The notes beneath the pieces were generated by a model. It had not been told where the DNA came from, searched no databases, and saw only the letters and a program-made list of their open reading frames with translations. Shown here one piece after another: positions 9,351 to 17,900 of a DNA stretch of 64,000 nt; position 1 is the stretch's first letter, and every line of letters starts with the position of its first letter. The position numbers were made by a program, and so were the translations under genes. The stretch is from an uncultured Methanoregula sp. (GTDB taxonomy: Archaea; Halobacteriota; Methanomicrobia; Methanomicrobiales; Methanospirillaceae): assembly GCA_964448885.1 (NCBI GenBank), contig CAYVAQ010000013.1, positions 239-64,238 of the forward strand, in the 5' to 3' direction.

Positions 9351-11330
9351 TTATACCGGTCTCAGCTTGATGTTCTCGTTGTTGGTATAACGCCGGATCA
9401 TCTCCTGCGCTATGCTTGAGTTCTTGGCAAGATGGATCTCGCCCTGCTCGTTGACCGTTGCCGTGAAGAGGTACTCTTTTCCGGCAAAGACGTCAACGAT
9501 CTTGCCGCTCTCGCCCGGCGCGATGATGGTCAGCTGCTTCTTGTCAGTCTGGATCTTCAGGCCGCCCCCGAGGTTGATCTCCTCCTCGGCTTTCGGCTGC
9601 GTCTGCTGGCGGTCGAACTCGGACCGCGGTTTGATGTCGATGCCGATCCCGAGCTTGTTGACGATGCCCGAGACGTTCTTGCCGCCCTTCCCGATGGCTG
9701 CCGGCACGTCCTTGTCGTCGATGTAGACAACGGCTTTGGTGTCGGAGATCATCTGGACGTCAACAAATCCCTCGGTGTAGCGGCCGAGCTCCCGCTGGAT
9801 CTCCTTCTCGGTGAGTTTCCAGCCGGGCCGCTCGTCGCTCTCCTTCTTCTGCTCCGCGGGCGCTGCCTGCGGCCGGAGCGGCTGGAGCGGGGCCATCGGC
9901 TGGCCGATGGGCTGGATCCGGGGAACGGTCCGCGGGGCCGGCGCCGGGGCGGCAGCAGCGGGTGCTGCCTGACCCATGACCGGCATCACGATGGTCTCGC
10001 CATCGTACCGGAAGACATCGATGACGAGCTCACCGGTCTCGTGGTCGGTGACGGTGGTGACGGGCCGGATGTGCACTTCGGCCCCCATGCCCTCGGGGAC
10101 CTTGATGGTGAACCCGACATCGTAGATCTTCGTGATCACGCCCTCCTTGACGAAGATGACCGTGTTGATGATCTGCGGCAGCACGGAGAAGTCCACGCGC
10201 TCGCAGAAGCGCTGGACCGCGTCGCGGACGCCGTTGGCGTGGATGACGCCGATCATGCCGATGCCGGCCAGGCGCATGTCGGAGAAGACACTGAAGTCCT
10301 CGGTCTTGCGGAGCTCGTCGAAGATGACGAAGTCCGGCCGGACGAGCATGAGGACGTCGGCGGTGTTTGCCATGCTGCCGTCAAGCATCGTGTACTGCGT
10401 GATGTTGTCGGGGACCTGGAGCTCGCGGGGGGCTTCCATGGTCTTGACCACGTGGCCGGCGTCCGCGAGGAAGGTTGCAATGCTCTGGGCAAGGGTTGTC
10501 TTGCCGCAGCCCGGCGCCCCGACGATGAGCATGCCCTGCTTCTCGGCAAGGATGCGTTTGGTGATGATGTCGGACTTCTTGTAGTCCTTTAAGGTCACGT
10601 CCACGATGGGCCGGACTGCCGTGATCTCCATGCCGTCGCTGAACGGGCGGCGGGTGATCGCGATCCGCATGGAGCCGATCTGGACGACCGTGACGCCGCG
10701 TTTCTCGACCTCGATGAAGCCGTCGGGGTCGCGCTTGGCCCGCTCCAGGATCTCCTGGGCGAGCATCCGCAGCTCGTACTCGCTCGTGGGCTGGTCGCGG
10801 ATCTTCATGAGTTTCATGTCCGCAACGGTGCCCTTCTTTGCCATGGGCTGGACGCGCTCCTTGAGGTACACCGCGATGGTGTGCTCGTCAAAGAACTGGT
10901 CGATGGCAAGCGGGACAAAATCGGTGATCTGCGGCTTGAGGTAGATGACATCGAGCCCCTTTGCCCGTGCCACCTCGGACTGCACGTTGTCACTGGTGAT
11001 GAACCGTGCATTGTTCTCGATCGCAATACCCCGGATCATCGCATCGATCTCGCCTCCGCTGGCGAGTTTCACCTGTTCAAGCGATGGCCGGATACCGGAG
11101 AACTTGAGTTCGATGGTCTTCTCTTCGGCCATCTTACAGAGTTGCTGGAGTTCGTTGAGTCCCGAGAACCCGATCTCGCGCCCGTTGTTTGCCTGGGCCT
11201 CGAGTTCGGCAATCACTGCTTCCGGGACGATTATTGTTGCACCCTTGTATTCACCGGCTTTTATCATTGCGGTTATGCGCCCGTCGATGAGGACGCTGGT
11301 ATCTGGTACGAGTATCATAAAATATTTCAC
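9351..11330 (-). CDS. PINc/VapC-family ATPase with KH domain (PINA-type)
   Basis: N-terminal PIN domain (VPDTSVLIDG), Walker A GAPGCGKTT, Walker B FVIFDELR, C-terminal KH (AAIGKGGKNV). Confidence 0.93.
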   Translation of the reverse strand: MKYFMILVPDTSVLIDGRITAMIKAGEYKGATIIVPEAVIAELEAQANNGREIGFSGLNELQQLCKMAEEKTIELKFSGIRPSLEQVKLASGGEIDAMIRGIAIENNARFITSDNVQSEVARAKGLDVIYLKPQITDFVPLAIDQFFDEHTIAVYLKERVQPMAKKGTVADMKLMKIRDQPTSEYELRMLAQEILERAKRDPDGFIEVEKRGVTVVQIGSMRIAITRRPFSDGMEITAVRPIVDVTLKDYKKSDIITKRILAEKQGMLIVGAPGCGKTTLAQSIATFLADAGHVVKTMEAPRELQVPDNITQYTMLDGSMANTADVLMLVRPDFVIFDELRKTEDFSVFSDMRLAGIGMIGVIHANGVRDAVQRFCERVDFSVLPQIINTVIFVKEGVITKIYDVGFTIKVPEGMGAEVHIRPVTTVTDHETGELVIDVFRYDGETIVMPVMGQAAPAAAAPAPAPRTVPRIQPIGQPMAPLQPLRPQAAPAEQKKESDERPGWKLTEKEIQRELGRYTEGFVDVQMISDTKAVVYIDDKDVPAAIGKGGKNVSGIVNKLGIGIDIKPRSEFDRQQTQPKAEEEINLGGGLKIQTDKKQLTIIAPGESGKIVDVFAGKEYLFTATVNEQGEIHLAKNSSIAQEMIRRYTNNENIKLRPV

Positions 11331-11556
11331 CTGATGTATGGTCTTGGCTATGGTATGGTCTCATATGCTATTCTCTTGGGTAGGATTTGTGGGATTATAT
11401 CGGGAAGTTTACGGGAGCCCGCACGCCTCCCTATGTCCGGTCCCCGCGTCTTATTTGCGTCCGCGGGTACCGGATATTCTATTCAACGATCTTGTCTAAG
11501 CTAAGAATCGTTGATGAATTGATATTAGACCACAGGGTATATATGCGTGAGGGAGG

Positions 11557-11673
11557 CAGGATTCTGCCCGTAAGGGCGAAACCTGATTTGAGAAGAATGC
11601 CGAAGGCATTCTTCTATTGTGGAACGGAACGTTCCAGCCCGAGCGGGAGAAGAATGCTGAGAGCATTGTTCGA
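11557..11673 (+). repeat. Cluster of short hairpins including two GAGAAGAAT-type palindromes
   Basis: gccc-GTAA-gggc; agaagaatgcc-GAA-ggcattcttct (11591-11615); tggaacg-GAA-cgttcca; gagaagaatgct-gag-agcattgttcga (11647-11673). Confidence 0.7.
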
Positions 11674-11723
11674 GTTGATGAGAAATGCGTTCCCCTCACC
11701 ACCGTTCGAAAATCCCGCAGCCC

Positions 11724-12200
11724 GCGTTTTTCATCGCCAAATCGCAACTAAGATCGCGATTCAAAGAGACTACCGTTTCTTCTCACACTTCAGGTCAAAG
11801 AACATCGCATGTTCTTTTCCTGCCTCAAGTCTGATGACTTTCAGCATTCTTATGACCTGTCGCGATCCAAAACCGTTCCGGAAAAATCACGATCCGGTTT
11901 TCATTTTCAAATCGATCCGCGATTTTTCCGGCAAAAGCGTTAAGCGATTTTTATTTCAAAACCGGATCGCGATTGAAAAACGGCCCGCGGGTGAAGGCTG
12001 CCGTTGTAAGATATGCCGGGATGCGTGTGCATAAGTGTTTAACTTTTCACAACCGGATCGTGATTTTCAATGCAAAATCAATCCGTGATTTTTCCGGCAA
12101 AATCGATCAGCGTTTTTTCATTTGCAAATCGCAACTAAGATCGCGATTCGATGAAACCTTACAGTTTCTTCTCACGCTCCAGGTCTTATGACCTGTCGCG
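11724..12200. repeat. Degenerate modular intergenic direct repeats
   Basis: caaatcgcaactaagatcgcgattc at about 11738 and 12125; cttatgacctgtcgcg at about 11849 and 12185; aaatc(g/a)atccg(c/t)gatttttccggcaaaa at about 11909 and 12075. Confidence 0.8.
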
Positions 12201-12323
12201 CTTGAAAAAATTTTCCGGATCCATCGGGATCGTTTTTCGTTTTGAGATCGATGCATGTTTTCCGGTAATTGATGCCGCCGCGGGAGCGCCCCCGCGGGGA
12301 TCGAGTGGTTTGAGAAAATCCAT

Positions 12324-12406
12324 GAGGTCAATGACCTCAAGGAAGAGAAGATTTGGAAAGCAAATCTTCGAACCACGAGATCGAGAAGAATCATTTGATT
12401 CTTCGA
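12324..12406 (+). repeat. REP-like hairpin cluster, homologous to 4786-4840
   Basis: gaggtc-aat-gacctc, gagaagatttg-gaaag-caaatcttcgaa, gagaagaatc-attt-gattcttcga. Confidence 0.72.
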
Positions 12407-12823
12407 GCCGGCGGCCGTTCATCGCATACCGCCACGGTTTCTGAATATCCTTCCTGGCCGGCCACCCTTCCAGGCACCCCTTCACCCTCCCATTCCCGCA
12501 CCCCTCCCCCACTCCAATCCGGCCCCGCTACAGCCCCGGATTACCCCCTTTTACCTCCCCTTCCGGGAATTTAGTGCAAAACTGCCCCAATTTAGTGCAA
12601 GTGTTTCCGGAATACGCCGATAGCAAAGGATTCAGCGCGATCCGGCCATTTTGCACGGCCGTGAACAGGCCTAATAGGGCCATATCAGTTTGCGGATCTC
12701 AGGGGCATGAGGGGTAACGGACGTTGCCTGGGGTGGAGGCCGCCCGGTGGCCCCTGTTTTCCCGGGTCCGGAAAACACCCCCGCACAACAGGATTATGTG
12801 GGACAAAGCCCAAGCGATTGATC

Positions 12824-13144
12824 ATGGTATCGAACATCTCGCTGGTGCTGAACTTCATCGTCGCCCTGGTCATCTCAACCGTCATCATCTACTACATCGC
12901 GAAATGGTTCGGCGCAAAGGACAGCCTCTCCACGGCAGTTATCGCCGCGCTGGTCGGTTCAGCGGTGTACACCATCTTCTACTACGTGCTCGGCCACGGG
13001 CTCCTCCCGGCATTCGTTGCCGGCATCGTCTGGCTCCTTGCCCTGCAGAAACTGTACACGATCGGCTGGCTCCGGGCGCTCGTCATCGCGTTCTTTATCT
13101 GGATCGTCACCAGCATTGCCGGCTGGTTCCTGCCGGTGCTGTAA
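12824..13144 (+). CDS. Small 4-TM membrane protein (106 aa)
   Basis: ATG at 12824 is in the frame of ORF 12707..13144. Four hydrophobic helices; a poly-T tract follows the stop. Confidence 0.85.
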   Translation: MVSNISLVLNFIVALVISTVIIYYIAKWFGAKDSLSTAVIAALVGSAVYTIFYYVLGHGLLPAFVAGIVWLLALQKLYTIGWLRALVIAFFIWIVTSIAGWFLPVL

Positions 13145-13334
13145 TTTTTTTTCAGCGGGCCGTAGCACACCCGCTGCACCGTTTTTCCATTCAGCCCTAC
13201 CGCTGCATCGGCCGGGTTCATATGTCTCATTCATCGACCGGTGCCGGACCGGATCAACAGGACATTACCATCATGCCCCTGCCCGGATCGTGCAGTTATT
13301 GTCAGCCCCGATCAATCCTTCAACAGGAAAAACG

Positions 13335-14792
13335 TTAGAAATGGAGATTCCCGAACCATGAGAAGAGTGTGTCGAGCAGGTCACCATCCTCGTTCCGGTC
13401 TGGAATAAGCGGGGCGAGCACCGTTACACCGGGTGAATGGGAATACACGATATGATAATTGCCATCGCTGCCGGCAAACATCGCGCTGGTCTTCGGCAGG
13501 CTGTATCTCCCTGGCTTCTCTGCTGCGACCGTGTACGTGACTGACCGGGATTCGTTCGCTTCCAGGTTTCCGAAGCTGATCGTGGTGGTGCCATCCGATA
13601 CGGGGAATTCCGGTAACGTTGTATCAAGGACCTGGATATCGTGCACCGGCAACGACCCGTTATTGAAGATCCTCAGCGTCACCTTCGCCGGGGTACCCAT
13701 TTTGATCGAGACCGGCGCTATCTCCTTTCCAATTACCAGGCAGGCGCCGGGATCGCAGGATCCGTCATCGGGGCTTCCGGATCCCGCACCGGTATTGCTG
13801 ATCGGGAAATACCAGACATCGTTGCCGGATCCGGCACCGACAACCCAGATCCGGTCCCGGAATGCCACCGAATCGAACCCCCAGGTGGCCGGATATGACG
13901 CAGTTGTTCCATGGAGGGTCCAGGTCTTCCCGTCCGTGGAAGACCAGATGTCGTTGAGCGGGTTATTCCCGTCATATCCCCCGACAACCCACATCCGGTT
14001 GTCGGCCGTTACCATCCGCTGGTACCTGCGGGCGGCAAACGGGGCGTGGGACGTCTCCCGGGTCCAGGTCACACCGTCGTCTGATGACCAGACATCATTG
14101 TACACGCTTTTCCAGTCAAACCCGCCGGTCACCCAGATCTTCCCGTTGTACACGCAGGCCGAGGGGTTCATCCTGGGGGAGAACTGGGCGCGGGGCGTTG
14201 CCTGATGCCAGGTCTTTCCATCGGAAGAGTACCAGACATCGTTACCGGGAGTCCCGTCGTTCACGTTCCCTCCGATGACCCATATCTTGTTGTCGAACAC
14301 CACCGTGGCAAAGTCTGTTCGCGGGGGGAAGGCGGCTTTCTCGGTAACCCGGGTCCAGGTTATCCCGTCAGCAGAAGACCAGACATCGTTCCTGAACCGG
14401 AGGGTCTTTCCTTCGCGGCCGGCAATTACCCACATCCGGTTGTTGAACACGACCGAACCCTGGACCGCCCTCTCGCCAAATGCAGCCGCGGGGGTGACCT
14501 GTTCCCAGGTCATGCCGTCATCCGATCGCCAGACATCGGAGAAGAACCGGTAGTTGCCGGTCATTCCGCCGATGACCCAGAGGCTGTCGTTATATGCAAC
14601 AACCGATTCAAGGAGGCGATCTGAGAATGGGGCCTTGTCCGTTGCCATCACCCATGCGGAGTCCTGGCCGGCAGCGAGTGCAGCAGGAGCGCAGACTGCC
14701 AGGCAGAGGCTGGTGACCAGGATAAGATACAGGCCGCTCCATGCCGCGCTTCGCCCATATGAAAAACCGGAATATCGCCTGCCAACCGCCAT
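13335..14792 (-). CDS. Secreted kelch-type beta-propeller + BatD/DUF11-like Ig domain
   Basis: Signal peptide; 6 repeats of VV(F/Y)N..(M/I)WV.GG....NDVWSS.DG.TW; C-terminal GTPAKVTLRIFNNGSLPVHDIQVLD...LEANESRSVTYTV. Confidence 0.85.
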   Translation of the reverse strand: MAVGRRYSGFSYGRSAAWSGLYLILVTSLCLAVCAPAALAAGQDSAWVMATDKAPFSDRLLESVVAYNDSLWVIGGMTGNYRFFSDVWRSDDGMTWEQVTPAAAFGERAVQGSVVFNNRMWVIAGREGKTLRFRNDVWSSADGITWTRVTEKAAFPPRTDFATVVFDNKIWVIGGNVNDGTPGNDVWYSSDGKTWHQATPRAQFSPRMNPSACVYNGKIWVTGGFDWKSVYNDVWSSDDGVTWTRETSHAPFAARRYQRMVTADNRMWVVGGYDGNNPLNDIWSSTDGKTWTLHGTTASYPATWGFDSVAFRDRIWVVGAGSGNDVWYFPISNTGAGSGSPDDGSCDPGACLVIGKEIAPVSIKMGTPAKVTLRIFNNGSLPVHDIQVLDTTLPEFPVSDGTTTISFGNLEANESRSVTYTVAAEKPGRYSLPKTSAMFAGSDGNYHIVYSHSPGVTVLAPLIPDRNEDGDLLDTLFSWFGNLHF

Positions 14793-14912
14793 AATCACCA
14801 ATTATTAATTGTAATAATATTAATCGTTATCAAACTGCCGATTTTCGTGTCGCCCGTTTCTGATGGGAACAAGTATTGGATGATCCAGGCCGGAAGGTTC
14901 GCCGGCCCGGCC

Positions 14913-17900
14913 TTACGCTGCGGTCATGGTGAACGCGTTCAGTTTGCTGTTGAACCCGCCGCCCTGCGTTATCACATCGAGCCGGTAGGCGCCGGTCCCC
15001 GCATCTGCCGGTATCGGGAACTCGCCCGTAATCTTTGTAGTGTTGACCGAGAGTGCCGTTGCATTGATGGTTGAGCCGAACGTCCGCATCCGCACGATTG
15101 TCCCGCCGTCAACGAAATTGTCGCCGGTCAGCGTGAACGCGATATTGGAGTTCCGTGCCCCGGTTGCTGGTGTGAGTGTCCCTATGACCGGGCGCTCAAG
15201 GTAACTGACCGTGAACGCCTCGCTCCGGGTCGTCTCCCCGCCGTCGGTTGTGCTGACCGTGAGCCGGTATTTGCCGGACGGCGCCGATGCCGGGATCGTG
15301 AAGCTGCCGATGATCTTCGTCTGGGTGACGCTGAAGAGGTCGGTTGCCAGCTCGGTACCGGTCACATCATCGGAGACCCTGACCGTGGTCTTCTCCGCTG
15401 CCATAAAGTTCGACCCGGTCAGCGTGAAAGCCGTGACGCTCCCCTTTGCGCCGGTGGATGGCGTCAGCGAACCGATGACCGGTGGTTTTACCGCGTCGGC
15501 CCGGAACGCATTCCTCCTGCTCACGGTTCCGCCATCCACCGTGAGGATGTCGAGCCGGTACTGTCCGGTCGGTGCATCGGCGGGAATGGTGAGGTTGCCG
15601 ATAATACGGGTTCCGGTGACCAGCGAGACCTCTGAGGTCCCGAAGACCGCGTTGGTGGTCTGGTTCCGGAAGAGGACCGTTGTCAGGCCCGGCTGGAAGC
15701 CGCTGCCGGTGATAACGTACTGGACGGTATCGTTCCGGAACCCGGACGACGGTGTCATGGACGTGATGGCGGGCATCTCCAGGTACCCGATGGTGAACGC
15801 TGCGGCCTTTGCTGCCGTGCCGCCGTCAACGCAGTTCACTTCGACAATATAGTCCCCCGGGTACGCCTCGCCATCGATACTGACGGTGCCTTTGATTGTT
15901 GTAGGAGTGATGCCCGTGACCGCTGCATCCAGCTCCGTGTCCATCACGTCCTCATAGATCCGGACACGGGTCTTGCCTGCACCGGCCTGGAAGTTTGTTC
16001 CGGTGATCGTGAAGTTCACGGTCGTGTTCCGTGCCCCCTTTGCCGGTGAGAGTGATGCAATGGCAGGTGCGGGGACCGTTGAGACGGTTATTGCGCCGGT
16101 CCTGACCAGCGATGAGCCGCCGTTGACCGTTGTCACGATCACATCCCAGGGACCGGTTGGGACACCGGGGCCGGCCACTATCGTGAAATTGATCATGGTC
16201 GTGGTAACGTCCGTGATGGTGATGTTGGCGTTGTCAAAGGTGCCCCGGGTCACGTTCACCCGGGTCATCCCGCCGGTCTCATCGAAGTTCGAACCACTCA
16301 CGCTGACATTGACTGTTGTGTTGAGCGCTGCCGTTGCCGGGCGGACGGACCCGATGACCGGCCGGGCTGCCGGGCTGACGACGACGGCGGAGGTCCGCAC
16401 AGCGGACGGACCGCCTTTTGTCGTGGTCACGGTCACGTTCCATTTCCCGGCCGGTGCCGTGGGGCCGATGACCATCGTGCCATTGATGGTAGCCGGCGTC
16501 ACGCCCGTGATGGTGATGTTGGTGTTGTCAAACGCCCCCATCGTGAAGTTCACCCGGGTCATGCCGGCAGCCGGGTCGAAGTTTGCGCCGTTCACGGCAA
16601 AGCTGATTGTACTGTTAAGGAGCACTGGGGAAGGCGTGACCGATGCGATGACCGGGCGGGGGTATGTTGCATTGATGTAATTTGTCCGTACCGAGATGTT
16701 GTACCCGGTGCTGCTCGACGCATTCAGGGAAACCGTGTAAAGGCCGTCGTCCGGATAGGTATACACCGGGTGCCGGGCTGACGAGAAGTTCCCGTCGCCG
16801 AAACTCCAGTTCCATGCGGTCGGGGCGTTTGCGGAAGTGTCCGTGAAGGTGACGGTCAGCGGGATTGTGCCCGATGTCGGTGTCGCCGTGAACGCCGCAA
16901 TTGGCGCAGGTATCACTTCGCCGGTGACGTTGATGTAGTCTACCCGGGTCATCTGGTCCGAACCGCCGGCATTGGTGGCATTGAGGGTGACGGTGTATGT
17001 TCCCGCTGGCTCATAGACATGGAGGGGGTTCCGGAGTATTGAGAAGTTGCCGTCCCCGAACGACCAGTTCCATTCGGTGGGCGAGCCGGTGGACTGGTCG
17101 GTGAACTGTACGGAGAGTGGAGCCGTGCCGTTTGTCACATCGGCAGTGAATGCAGCGACCGGTGCGGGAATCACAGCGCCGGTAACCGTGATGTAATCCG
17201 CTCGGGTCATCAGGTCAAAGCCGCCGGCATTGGTGGCGTTGAGGGTGACGGTGTATGTTCCCGCTGGCTCATAGACATGGAGGGGGTTCTGGAGTATTGA
17301 GAAGTTGCCGTCGCCGAACGACCAGTTCCACTGGGTTGGTGAGTTGGTGGACTGGTCGGTGAACTGGACGGTGAGCGGGGCGGTTCCGCTGGTCACATCA
17401 GCAGTGAACGCGGCAACCGGTGCAGGGGGGACCGATGCTGTCACGGTGATGTAATCCGTTTTTGTCTCGGTGTCCGAGCCATCGGCGTTGGTGGCGTTGA
17501 GGATGACCGTGAAGGTACCCGCGGGTTCATAGACATGGGAGGGGCTCTGGAGTGTTGAGAAGTTGCCGTCGCCAAAGGACCAGTTCCACTGGATTGGTGA
17601 GTTGGTGGACTGGTCGGTGAACTGGACGGTGAGCGGGGCGATCCCGCTGGTGATATCGGCGGAGAATGCGGCGACCGGCGCCGGTGAGGAGCCGGAAGTG
17701 ACCGTGATGTAATCCGTACGCGTCAGGGTGTCGGAACCGGTTGTGCCGGTCACGGTCAGCTGAACGGTGTAGGTGCCGGCTCCGTTATACGTGTGGTCCG
17801 GGTTTTGTGTGCCGGAGAATTCCCCGTCCCCGAACGACCAGTTCCATTCGGTTGGGGAACCGGCTGAGGTGTCCGTGAACTTCACGTGAAGGGGTGCTTC

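Noticed and set aside
9351-11330. PIN domain as a toxin-antitoxin toxin, or the ATPase as a PilT retraction motor for the pilus locus
   Set aside because: The PIN-ATPase-KH architecture matches the conserved archaeal PINA family, which is linked to nucleic-acid metabolism, and no antitoxin is present.
11724-12406. Possible CRISPR array or replication origin
   Set aside because: The repeats are not regularly spaced with unique spacers, and there are no cas genes. No convincing ORB consensus or cdc6/orc1 gene is nearby.
11387-12574. ORFs 11387..12034, 12107..12394, 12151..12444 and 12186..12512 across the repeat region
   Set aside because: They have mostly non-ATG starts, F/R/S/K-biased composition that reflects the A/T tracts and palindromes, and no family motifs. 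The region is better explained as non-coding repeats.
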